A stretch of 63,651 bases of DNA, the filler included, from Salisapilia sapeloensis CBS 127946 (taxonomy: Eukaryota; Protista; Oomycota), in NCBI GenBank assembly GCA_023334545.1. It is 9 parts of 9 records of this genome, joined end to end, with 100 filler letters (N's around TTAATTAATTAA, not from the genome) between each part and the next. Parts side by side here need not be neighbours in the genome. Positions count along the whole stretch, not along the records: positions 39,830 to 52,323 come from JAADVB010000411.1; positions 52,424 to 62,278 come from JAADVB010000454.1; 7 more parts are not named here. One strand, written 5' to 3'. Of this stretch, positions 46,001 through 56,651 are shown in pieces. A program made the translations under genes and the position numbers. Every line of letters begins with the position of its first letter. Positions within the stretch are counted from its first letter, which is position 1. A model generated the notes under the pieces. The model saw nothing but the letters and a program-made list of their open reading frames with translations. It did not search any database and was not told the origin of the DNA.

Positions 46001-47912
46001 GAAAACTTCGGTCACGAAGAGGCACAAGCTCTTTACATCCCGCATCGACGTTTGGGCACATCACTTTTCGAGCTGGGCAGCTAGCTCCTAGATGAAATGA
46101 TTCTAATTCCGCGATGACTTCTTGTTCGCAACGTTCACATAAGATTGTTCGTTTCGGACAGTGATGCTCTTCATGGATGTTGATAGCATCGGCGGAGGCA
46201 ATAAAGTCGCACCCTTGATGTTTACAGGATTTTGGCTGCGTGAGATTGCCATGAAGTTGAACATATTCTTGGTGCTTTTTGGCGCTTTCATAAGTCAAAT
46301 TTAAATCCTTTAGCACTTCTTCAGCGGCTCCTCTCTTCTCTACGTCAGTTTCTTTTGCCATTATAGTTTCTGCATACTCTATGGCTGATAATCCGTCGCC
46401 AGATTTGGAGAGCAGTGCCGTAAGGCATTTTTCATGCCATTCAAGCCATTCAGAATGCTTTGCTGATCCAGTAGAACTTTGACTTCGAGATGTTAATTTA
46501 TCACGATTTCGACCTACCGAACGACTTGTGTTGCATGATGTCCCTGGGCGTAATCGCGCTGTTTGTGCGGCTTTCATCGCTTCAGAGGCATTAACTTCAT
46601 GTTGAAATGACATGGGGAAGTGATCAGGGACTGAATTATCTTTTAAAGCTTTCAAAAGGTACTTCACGATACTTTTCTGCGAGTTGGAGACTGCATGAAT
46701 AAGCGCAGTCTTTTTTTCGTTTGTCTGGTAATTCACGTCTACGCCGGCCCGCAAGAAGTATAAGCACATTGCATCATGTCCGCAGAAGCAAGCCCATGTC
46801 ATAGCGGTATGTTTAAGTTTCGTTTCTTTATACATGTCAGCGCCCATGGCTAGTAGCTTATCGGCAGCAACTATGCTGTTATTTGCTGCAGCTTTCGTCA
46901 GCGGTGTCCACCCGAGGTTACTTTCGTAATCCACAAAAAAGTCGTAAACGAGTGCATCTTCACAATGTTCTTGTTCCAGCACCTCCAAAGCCTCCTGGTA
47001 TTCGTCGATTGAAAGAGGTGCACTATTCAATATAGACATCATTGCAACTTCATCTAGAAGTGGTGAAGCTAATATCGGTTTTAGCTCTTCGATACAATGT
47101 TCGTTGTTTGCTAAAATCTGTCTAGATTTGTCTACTTGTGTCTGCCACCAGGCAGAATCAGCATTTATCTTTCGCTTCGACTGAAGACGCTCTTGTATCA
47201 CTTTTATAATTGCGTCATTACCTGTTAGCTCTGCCCAACGTAATGCCGTTTTCCCCTTACTATCTCTTAACTCCAAATTGGGCTCATAGCTAAGAACGTA
47301 TTCAACCATTGAATTATCAAACGCATCAGCTGCATGTAGCGAGGTCAAAGTCTTTATCTTCCTTCCGATGTCACTTGTTACTTTCTTGCTATGGCCGGTA
47401 TCATCCATCTTTAATATTCTTGCTTCTGCGATCGCTTTCATCAATGGAGTACACCCACTTCGATTGCAGTCATTGATAGTCGCCCCACTGCATGTAAAAG
47501 CACAATGAAAAAGCTATGAATGTGCATATCAATATGCTGACATATACCTCTTTATCAACTGATCCAATGCGATGTTGTTACGACAAGATACTGCTGCAAG
47601 TAAAGGTGTTTCTCCATACGCGGTCTCTTGGTTCGGATCAAGACCGTCATTTTCAATGAGCCATAGAATCTCTTCAAAATCATACTGACGTAGTGCAGTT
47701 TCCAGTCGCTTTATAATGCGAGTATGACTGGCTTCAGACGTAGTAAAGGATAGGTGGGGTTCGATATCATTATTCTGTGGCCGATGCTTGCGTTTATTAC
47801 CAGATTTCCTATGTAGAGGCGACTCCAAGTACTTGGCCGAGATTGCAGGTAGCTTTGCAGTTCTTATTCTGCTCTTGCTTGCTGAGAACCTTGGCATAGA
47901 TTGTATCGGCAT
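40023..47912 (-). CDS. Giant ankyrin-repeat / TRAF-type zinc-finger protein with a dynein-like stalk and microtubule-binding domain (about 2600 aa)
   Basis: Exon 1 (MPIQSM..GETPLLAAV) is spliced to a 2473-aa ORF. Ankyrin motifs GWTPLTKAA, GFSPLTTAV, GRTPLREAV, GHTPMTLAC and GRTPLMVA. About 33 H..C-xx-R-xxx-C TRAF-finger repeats in three clusters (my count). Coiled coil-MTBD-coiled coil at about 42620-43480. Confidence 0.88.
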
Positions 47913-48154
47913 CGACCAGATTCGAGATCGGTGTTCTAAGAAAGAGGATCACGATGACTGTGAATGTTGAATGAAAAGCTACACAACCACCTGCGTGAGC
48001 GTTGTGTAGAGCTTGGAAAGATGGCTATTAATAGCAAGACACGAGCAACAAGAGGACGATGATCTGGCTAAAGAAACGTAAAGGGAATGGGTTCTTTGCA
48101 TAAGAGTGAATCTAGAACGAAGACGGCAATTCCCCCATTTTCTTTTGCGTCTAG

Positions 48155-49621
48155 ATGAAGAGGAAAGCAGCAGTCAATCAACATCCAATCGAGTTCCTTC
48201 CTTCTCGATTTTTCTTCTTGTTGCTACGTGAGCCTGCTCATTCTGGTAGCACTGTAAATGCATCACATGTATTTGTTCGACCAACTACAAATTACATGTG
48301 CTTGGACGATCAAATTCTATCTTCAGCGTGTACGAAACCCATATCTCTTGAGATTACATTGCGGTTCAATCATGCGATGAACAAGCAACTTACAGAAGAT
48401 GGTGATCTAAGCAAGCGTTTTTTTTACGTCAATTGGAGAGGAAACGAGTTTCGGAGACGGCAGGTGGCTGCCATTCGGTTAATTTGTGCTTGGAGGTTAC
48501 TACAACTACATTTGTCTCCTGAGGAAGCGATGATGCCATTTTCACATGCAGGAGGTTGGATCGATCCTTCAGGTGGCTCTATTCATCCACAGTTTGGCGC
48601 TGAAGTACCGTTGCTATCAACACTAAAAGCAATACGGAAGGCGATAGACAGTCAGATACTTGACAGTAAACTAAGCTGGGAGAGTAAGACAAACTTTGAG
48701 TGGGGATGTGAAAACCATCGCTTCATCCGCTTAGCACCAGAACTCTTGGTACTATCCATCAATGACAGCAACAAGGATGCAACAGACACAAACTTTAACT
48801 GTGGGTGCTGGCGAGATCTACGTGAGCAGCATAACGTTGTCATGGCTTGCACGGCCAGTCCAACAAGTACCAAGTCTCATTGTGAAATTGCTGGTATCCA
48901 ACGAGTTAATATCTTCAATAGCATCTCACAAGCACCCGACTCAGGCTTTCCAGTCCCACTAGAAGCACAGTCCATTTTCAGATTTCTCGATGTGCTTGAA
49001 TTCGCACCTGGGTCAGTTGTCGTGATCGCTCAAGAGAATGAATCACAGAACCCACTCGTAAGCTATCTAGCCGGCTATCTCATTTCGACCTTTCAATTTG
49101 CTCCCGTTGAAGCCATAGCTTACGTCAGACTACATCTTTCGTCTCCAGGCATATCAGCAGGGCATGCAGTGGCACTGGAGCAGATGAAGATGGAGCTTCA
49201 ATGGTACAGCACGAAGACATCGCTTGACGAGTACAATCAGGTGAATCAAGGCGTGTTAACAAAGCGACTTGGGTCGCCTGTGAATGTGGGTACTGTCAGT
49301 TTGGAACGACAGTCTTTACTGGGTGTCAAGAGCGATATGATGAAACGAGATACTGACGGCTTGCACGGACCGACGTCATTGCGAACCATGAGTCCACGTG
49401 CTTCTAGCGCTCATGCTCGACGTGTCATGAGTCTCCACAACTCACATCGAATGCTTCAAGAAGCGAATGGAAGTAGACGGACAACGTTTTCAACAATTCA
49501 CAAGTATTTGCACCAGCCACCAGCCACTGCTGCATCTCGAGGCGAGTACGAGAGTGCACTCAAGCTAGAAGGTGTGGAGAAGAATCACGACACGTACTTG
49601 AAGTCATCTGCAAGCTCGTAA
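48155..49621 (+). CDS. IQ-motif plus degenerate dual-specificity-phosphatase-like protein (5' exons probably upstream, start uncertain)
   Basis: RRRQVAAIRLICAWR is IQ-like. VVVIAQENESQNPLVSYLAGYLI..FAPVEAIAYVR aligns by eye with the DUSP VLVHCxxGxSRS..AYLM..EA..VR pattern but lacks the Cys and Arg. Confidence 0.55.
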   Translation: MKRKAAVNQHPIEFLPSRFFFLLLREPAHSGSTVNASHVFVRPTTNYMCLDDQILSSACTKPISLEITLRFNHAMNKQLTEDGDLSKRFFYVNWRGNEFRRRQVAAIRLICAWRLLQLHLSPEEAMMPFSHAGGWIDPSGGSIHPQFGAEVPLLSTLKAIRKAIDSQILDSKLSWESKTNFEWGCENHRFIRLAPELLVLSINDSNKDATDTNFNCGCWRDLREQHNVVMACTASPTSTKSHCEIAGIQRVNIFNSISQAPDSGFPVPLEAQSIFRFLDVLEFAPGSVVVIAQENESQNPLVSYLAGYLISTFQFAPVEAIAYVRLHLSSPGISAGHAVALEQMKMELQWYSTKTSLDEYNQVNQGVLTKRLGSPVNVGTVSLERQSLLGVKSDMMKRDTDGLHGPTSLRTMSPRASSAHARRVMSLHNSHRMLQEANGSRRTTFSTIHKYLHQPPATAASRGEYESALKLEGVEKNHDTYLKSSASS

Positions 49622-49726
49622 GCGAGACTGTATGAATAGACGAGTAACTGGTTAACAATACGAAACAAAAGAAAAAAGTGAAAAAGCGAGAATGTGTTTT
49701 GCTTATTCCAAGCTCTGTCCTTTTGC

Positions 49727-50380
49727 CTACACGATGCATTCGAGTTGCGTTCGCTCACATTTGCGTAAACACTTTTCAGCAATCTCCATCACGTCCTTGT
49801 GCACGTCTTCCTTGCTTTTCGTAGCGTCCACCTTGTACCACTTGGAATACCGCTCACTCTCCGTCTCACTCATAATTGTCATGTGCTCAAACACCGCTGC
49901 CACTTTGTGCTGGAAAGCAGGCGTTTCATATCGTTCATTGCCATACTCGGCTCGATTGGCCGCTTCTTCCACTGGCATGTCCAAGTAGATGATTCCGTCA
50001 GGAAGTGGTAGCCCGAGTTCTGGTCCCCAGCACCATTCCAACTCCATGTCATTCTTCGCAACGGAGAAAGCGACACCGCTGTAAGAGTATCGGTCCACAA
50101 TGACCGTCGTGCCGTTCTTGATCAGCTCTTCCATCTCTGCTGCAGCCTCCCAGCGGTTCGCAGAGAAGAGCAAGTGAATGACGCGGTCATTGAGCGCTGC
50201 CTTGGACGTCAAGTAGCTATTAATGGACTGGCCGATCGCCGTGGTACGATCCGGGAAGTGACGCAAAGCGACTCCATGGCCTTTTGCCTGCAACGCCTCT
50301 TGCAGAAGCTTTGTCTGTGTCGTCTTGCCACTCCGATCGACTCCTTCTAGCAGCAGAAACGCACCTCTCTTCCCACTCAT
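49727..50380 (-). CDS. DTYMK: Thymidylate (dTMP) kinase
   Basis: LEGVDRSGKTTQ P-loop, FPDRTTAIG, HLLFSANRWE, VDRYSYSGVAFS, ERYE. Confidence 0.96.
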   Translation of the reverse strand: MSGKRGAFLLLEGVDRSGKTTQTKLLQEALQAKGHGVALRHFPDRTTAIGQSINSYLTSKAALNDRVIHLLFSANRWEAAAEMEELIKNGTTVIVDRYSYSGVAFSVAKNDMELEWCWGPELGLPLPDGIIYLDMPVEEAANRAEYGNERYETPAFQHKVAAVFEHMTIMSETESERYSKWYKVDATKSKEDVHKDVMEIAEKCLRKCERTQLECIV

Positions 50381-50484
50381 GCTTGTAATCCAGTTGTGAG
50401 TCTTTTGGTCATGCTTGTGTGTCTGCAGGCATTTTTACGGAACGCCTTGTCAAACATACGCAAAGCGACAAATAACAAGATACC

Positions 50485-52323
50485 ATGCGTCTGCTCTGGC
50501 TGCTGGCTGTTGTCATCACTGCCCCATGCACGTGGGCCCAGCGAATGAATCCTTCGGACCGTATGCGATTTGCTACGTATCCAGAGGAGTCTAGAATACT
50601 TGGAGTAGACGGTCAGAACTTGAGATGGACGAGTGAGGTAGAAGACGACGATCTTGTGACAGATCTTCCAGGTCTGGATAACCAGACCGACGTTAAACAC
50701 CACGCTGGGCACATTGCAGTGGGTGATAATGCCCATAATAAACTTTTCTACTGGCACTTTGTTGCGGCAAAGGAGCCTGAGAATGCTCCTCTCGTAATTT
50801 GGTATGAGAATAGCATCCGATGGTCTCGTATCGATTCATATACTTATGCACGGTCCTAGGCTCAATGGCGGACCAGGATGCTCTAGTATGCAAGGCCTCT
50901 TTTTGTATATAGCTCATGTGCATACACCTCGATAAGCAATTGACATGTCGGATATAGAGGCGTCTCTCCTTTCAAACTCACGAACGCATCCTCGATCGAT
51001 ATGAACGAGCACAGTTGGCATCACGTGGCCAATTTGCTATTCGTAGACCAGCCTCTAGGCACTGGTCTCTCCGTCTCGAAAGGAATCGAGTATCGAGACG
51101 ATGAAAGCGCTATCTCATCTGACTTTTACGATTTCTTATCTCAGTTTTTCGCCAAGCATCAAGAGTATCTCGTCGAAGGAGAAGATTACCCTTCAACAAG
51201 AGATTTCTACATCTTTGGCGAGTCTCACGCCGGTCGATATATTCCTCGCTTTACCAAGTACATACTAGAACAGAATGAAAACATCGCCAATGTAGATGAC
51301 AGTCGCTTCCAAGTGCATATGAATCTAGCAGGTATTGGCATTGGCAATGGATGGGTGCATCCGCGTATCCAGTACGACTACAGTGACTTTGCCCATGCAC
51401 TCGGGCTGATCAAATTGGGTCAAGTGAAAAGTCTGAAAGCAAAGTATCAAGAGTGTGAAGCAGCACTGGAGGCTGGGACGTACTATGCGTCCTCTTGTTT
51501 CGATAACTTGGACGCGATCATGGCAAGTGCTAAGAACCCTCAGACGAATAAACGACTCAACTACTATGACGTTCGCGGCTACGTCAGTAGCGTCCGGGAG
51601 TATCCTCCAGGTCAGGACGATATCGTGGCGTACTTAAACCGAAAGGATGTACGACGAGCTCTCCATGCTTTTGAAGAAGCCAACTACAAGTACAGAATCT
51701 GCAGCGATCAAGTGTACAAGCACTTGAAGCAGTTAGACGGAGCAAGCTCTCTTCTGGATGTCGAGTACGCACTCCAGCACAACGTCCGGACACTCTTTTA
51801 CAATGGTCAGTGGGACCTCATGTGCAACCACTATGGAACAGAAGAGCTGCTGTTGCATCTCAATTGGACTGGCGCTGACGCTTTTCAGGACGCAGACAAG
51901 TATACGTGGCTTGTCGATGGCCGGGACTCTCCTGCCGGATTCGTTCAAGAAGGAGGCAACTTGTCCTATGTCGTCGTCGCCGACTCTGGACACATGGTCA
52001 TGCTGACGGTGCCTGCCGTAACGAAGGATCTCGTCGATCGCTTTATCCATGGTAGAGCGTATAATGATAGTCCACAGGCTGTTGGCAGTCTTAGTGCGAA
52101 TGCGTCTGAATGGGGAGGGGCACAGTGCTTCGATGTTGAAGAATATTTAATGTCTTCTCATGCATTGGCAACGTCATGGTTATGGGTGTCTATTGTGATT
52201 GCCATCGCGTGCAGTGTCTTGGTGGCTTGTGTGACGGCCATGTGCGTTCGCGGTCGGCACGCGAAGAGTGGTGAGCACGAGGTGATTATCCACGGGAGCG
52301 ACGAGGAGACGGCTGCGACTGGG
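50485..52323 (+). CDS. KEX1: Serine carboxypeptidase S10 with C-terminal TM helix (Kex1-like); 3' partial
   Basis: Signal peptide, LFYWHF, W|LNGGPGCSS across an intron, LLFVDQPLGTGLS, nucleophile FGESHAG, GQWDLMCN, SGHMV, then TM WLWVSIVIAIACSVLVACV. Truncated by the contig end. Confidence 0.9.
52183..52323. repeat. C7 right terminal inverted repeat arm (141 bp)
   Basis: Exact reverse complement of 39830-39970. Confidence 0.97.
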
Positions 52324-52423
52324 NNNNNNNNNNNNNNNNNNNNNNNNNNNNNNNNNNNNNNNNNNNNTTAATTAATTAANNNNNNNNNNNNNNNNNNNNN
52401 NNNNNNNNNNNNNNNNNNNNNNN

Positions 52424-52564
52424 GTGGATCTGCGCCTTGGCCTCGAGCTCCGCCTTCTTCCTCGCCTCTTCCTCTAGCCTCAGTCGCTTGGCCTCCTCCT
52501 TCTTCTTTTTCTCCATCTCTTTTTTCTCCATCTCTTCCTTCAGCTCATCCTTATCAGCAAGTTT
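52424..52564. repeat. C8 left terminal inverted repeat arm (141 bp, within CysRS)
   Basis: Exact reverse complement of 62138-62278; mismatch at 52565 versus 62137. Confidence 0.97.
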
Positions 52565-54310
52565 CCATACAGATCCGCCCGTCGCTCGGTCCTCTAGTCG
52601 GACACCAGCTAGCGGCAGCTCTTCATCCCGAACAGTGTCGCACATGCGCAAGATCGTCGAAGCCAGAGCGTTAGCATCACCAGACTTTCCCGATCGAGCA
52701 GCTTCCCGAATGTCATCACGGAACTTGGCAAACGTATCGAGGATCGGTGCAACGAACGTCTCGTGGTCAGCACCGTCGTCATTGGATAGAGGGAAGCCAA
52801 TCTCATTCGACGGAGGCATGAGGCCAAAGATGCACAGCATGCGCGTGATGTACTCTGCACACGATCGAAGTAGCATGGACACATGCGTGGTTTCGTTCGC
52901 AAGGTATCGATTCACATCCTTTGCTAGCTGCTGGAGGTGGAACAAGGCCAAAGGAGTGTTAATGTCATCCGCCAACGCATCATGAACACGTTCTTTACAG
53001 GCAAGCAAAGCAGCATCAAGCTCCTTCTCTGCTTGATTCCATTTCTGCGACCCGTCAAGAGCTAATTCACGCAGACGGACTTTGACGTTTTGGAAGAACT
53101 CGCTGAAGAAACGATCGACACCAACAGCTTCGTCCATCGAATTGTCATTGTAATCCATCGGAACATTGTACTTGTGGAGGAGGAAGAGGAGACGCAATTG
53201 TCGAGGCGTATTGTCTTGCAACGCTTCATGGATCTTCACAAAGTTCTTGAGACTCTTGGACATCTTCAAGCCTTCGATATTCAAGTGACCTGTGTGGACA
53301 AAGTAGTTGACCCACTGCTCAAAGTCAAAGTACGCTTCTGCCTGCGCGATTTCATTGTCGTGATGCGGGAAGCGGAGGTCGATGCCACCTGAGTGAATGT
53401 CCATCTTGCCACCAGCAATACCCTTGAGCGTATCACCTGCCATAGCAGAGCACTCGATGTGCCATCCAGGACGACCTTCGCCCCATGGAGATGACCAGAA
53501 CGGCTCGCCGGACTTGGATTTCTTCCAGAGCGCAAAGTCACTCGCGTTTCGCTTATCTCCTTTGCCGACGGACAAGGCGCCTTCACCTTCGGCCAAGAGC
53601 TCCGACTGTCCAACGTTCTCTGGAAGCAACTTGCCATACGCCTTGCCTTGAGACTTCTCGAATGCTGCTGTGTCAAAGTAGACGGATCCGTTGCTCTCAT
53701 ATGCGAATCCGTTCTTGATGATACCTTGCACGAATTCAACAATCTCATCCATATATTCACTCACACGTGTGATGACGGTCGGACGTTGGATGTTGAGCGC
53801 GGACATGTCCTCCCAGAAGGACTGCTCCCAGTGCTTCGACAAGTCGTTCGTGCGCTGCATATTGCTTTCGGGACTTTGTTCTGCTGCCCATTGCATCACG
53901 AGCTTCGTCCGTTCATCTTTATCCTTCGGAAGCTCTTCACTTGGGTGCGCTGCCTGCCAACCTTCCTCGGCAGCACGCACAATGATCTTGTCATCAATGT
54001 CCGTGACGTTCATCACGAGCTGCACTTCATAGCCAAAGTATTGCTCCATAATACGACGCACATAGTCAAAGCACGTGTACGTCCGTCCGTGACCTAAATG
54101 CGTTTGGTCATACACCGTAGGGCCACACATGTACCACAGCACACGCTTGCCAGCACCCATCGGCACAAACGGCGTTTTCGTACGCGTAAGACTGTTGTAC
54201 ATGCGCAACGGGTAGTGGGTCTCATAGTAGGACATCATGGACTCCACGGGTTGTGGGGGGAACCATGTAGGCTGCTTCACGCCGTCAGTAGCTGCAGGGA
54301 CGTCCGCCAT
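52424..54310 (-). CDS. CARS1: Cytoplasmic cysteinyl-tRNA synthetase; 3' partial
   Basis: WYMCGPTVYDQTHLGHGR (HIGH-like), NVTDIDDKII, DFALWK, GRPGWHIECS, FPHHDNE, GLKMSKSLKNF. Confidence 0.97.
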
Positions 54311-54452
54311 ACTTCGTAGCTGGATTGAAATGCACGAGATTTTATGTCCTGTGGTGCTTAATTTGGCATCTGATTGGTTCGATTGTAATTTAAATCGTAC
54401 GTTTTAATTAAATCGCATCGTTTAGACACAAAAAGTGTGATCGCCGAGCATC

Positions 54453-56261
54453 ATGGTGAGGAAGTCGCGAGTACCTCCACCTCCTGCGAATGCAGCTGAC
54501 AGATTTGATGTTTCAACTTTCCCACTAGCATTGCAACTGAACCAGGAGTTTGAATCGATTGCTGAGTTTAAAGCAGCCGTACAAAGATGGGCTGTGCAAG
54601 CACGCTTCACGCCTCGCATCCAAATGTCCAACCAACTCTCGGCAGTGCTAGTTTGTGGCCGTTCTTCCGAGTGCCCCTTTCGTACGCGAGTGGCATGGAG
54701 AGAGCCGATGAAAAAGTTCATGGTGTCCGTCTTCCAGCCAGTGCACTCTGCGTGTCTCGCATCGGCACCGCCGAAGCGTGCTCCGAATGGCATGCACCAC
54801 TTTCTGCTTGAAGCCGTTCCGACGTTTTACACAGTAACGAACGATACTTCTCCAAAGGATCTGCAGCAAGTCGTACAGCAGAACATAGGGCAACCGCTAG
54901 AATATAACGCAGCTCGGAAGCTCTTGCGAGCGTTGAAACATCGAGATCCGGAGCATGAAAAGCAGCAATTTGGTCTACTACCAGCACTATTCCAAGTCTT
55001 GCAAAAGAAAGATCAGGCAGGTCACTTCGTCATGGAAGTTAATGATATATCTCCGCCGTTGGATGTGACGGTCGACTCGCTCGAACCTTCCGACTGGCAA
55101 AGTGAGTGGCAAGTTGATACTTCGACCGAGCCAAGTACTGAACTCCCTCGGTTCAGCCGTTGTTTCATGTGTCCATCAGCAAGTAAAGCTGCATTTCCGT
55201 ACCAACCAAAGCTAGTGCTACTAGATGTCTACTCGATGCAGTGTAATTTCCCTCAAAAAGTGCTCGTCGCGTCTGGGTTAGACGCTAACAATGAAACGAT
55301 GATGTATGCTGCCGGTATTGTCCATGAGCAAAGTGTAGAGAACTGGGGCTGGTTCCTTCGACAGCTCAAGACATCTCTAGTCGGCCTGGACATGTCTCCT
55401 GTCACGCTGCTAGGCAACGCTGGCGACGGACTGGAAGAAGCCATCAAGATGGAACTGCCGGAAGCTCACTACGGCATCCGGTGCTCTTACTTGGCTGATA
55501 GGATTGAAAAGAGCTTTGGCGTAGGATGTCGAGACGCTTTCTGGGAACTTGCAAAGGCGCATTCGGCCATCGTCTTCGCTCAACGCATGGCAGCGTTCAA
55601 AGAGAAAGAACCTTTGGCAGCAAACTACCTCCTTCGCTTCGACCCAAAGAGGTATGCCGCTGCCTTCTTCTCCGGATCACGCTTCGGTCAAAGCAGTACA
55701 ACGGATGAAGGTCTGAACGAAATGTCCGATGCGTGTTTCCAACCTCATTTGGAGTGCCTCATGGCCTTGTGGAATGCAGAAGCTAGGCGTCGTACGTCTC
55801 GGCAAGAGCTGACGAAACACTTTCCACCGTCCCAACGGATCTCGCCTAGTGCAGCGACGTTGCTAGATGAAGCGTTGGCGTCTTATGCTGATTGCACTGT
55901 GTTTGAAAATGCTTCCGGTGTCGCTAAAGTTAAAGTATCCAACGCGTCTGCGGATAATCGAGAGTTTCTAGTAGATGTGGGCAGTAAGGAGTGCTCTTGC
56001 CGTCGGTTTCATGATACAGGTATCCCTTGCACCCACGCTGTGGCGGTGTTAGAAGGACGAAAGCAAAAGGTAGTGGACTATGTGCCAGATTACTACTCGA
56101 TGAACAGCTACTGGCGAGCGTATGAAGCTCCGATGGTGGAGATATCTATGCCGGAAGTGGATGCCGACAAGGATAATGTGTCTGCGTTTCCCTTTTGTCG
56201 TCCACCAGCGACGAAGCCTCCGAAAGGCCGACCTGCTAAACGCAAGCGGCCAGAACATTGA
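54453..56261 (+). CDS. MULE/Mutator transposase-derived protein with SWIM finger, probably domesticated (602 aa, intact)
   Basis: MuDR-like N-terminus (FESIAEFKAAVQRWA; C..SECPF), MULE core (LLDVYS..LDANNE..ENWGWFL), SWIM finger CSCRRFHDTGIPCTH and basic tail PPKGRPAKRKR. No TIRs seen. Confidence 0.85.
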   Translation: MVRKSRVPPPPANAADRFDVSTFPLALQLNQEFESIAEFKAAVQRWAVQARFTPRIQMSNQLSAVLVCGRSSECPFRTRVAWREPMKKFMVSVFQPVHSACLASAPPKRAPNGMHHFLLEAVPTFYTVTNDTSPKDLQQVVQQNIGQPLEYNAARKLLRALKHRDPEHEKQQFGLLPALFQVLQKKDQAGHFVMEVNDISPPLDVTVDSLEPSDWQSEWQVDTSTEPSTELPRFSRCFMCPSASKAAFPYQPKLVLLDVYSMQCNFPQKVLVASGLDANNETMMYAAGIVHEQSVENWGWFLRQLKTSLVGLDMSPVTLLGNAGDGLEEAIKMELPEAHYGIRCSYLADRIEKSFGVGCRDAFWELAKAHSAIVFAQRMAAFKEKEPLAANYLLRFDPKRYAAAFFSGSRFGQSSTTDEGLNEMSDACFQPHLECLMALWNAEARRRTSRQELTKHFPPSQRISPSAATLLDEALASYADCTVFENASGVAKVKVSNASADNREFLVDVGSKECSCRRFHDTGIPCTHAVAVLEGRKQKVVDYVPDYYSMNSYWRAYEAPMVEISMPEVDADKDNVSAFPFCRPPATKPPKGRPAKRKRPEH

Positions 56262-56651
56262 ATAAAACCATGCATGCTTGTTTATACTTATGACCGTACT
56301 CGCTCTTTGATCTACTCTACTTTGTGCACGGCTACTCGTCGCGGGTACGAGTGATCGTCGGGTCCGATCGACCGGCCATGACATATCGCCGGTTTCGAGC
56401 ATACTTAGCGCCAGTCGTTTTTATTTCGTGACCGCGTGGTGTCGGTGCGACGGAACGCAGACGTCTTCTTGCGTGCATCGTATACAAGTGCTAGTACTCG
56501 CGTACGAAGAGGTCAATTAAGACTCGTTGGTTCAAATCATCGAGAAGGTAAAAGCTACATCGACGTCGTGTGGATCAGTGGCCGTGCGCCACGTTTTATT
56601 TTTACACAAGAGCTCGACCACCGTTCGATCAAAAGTCCGAGGTAGACAAGA

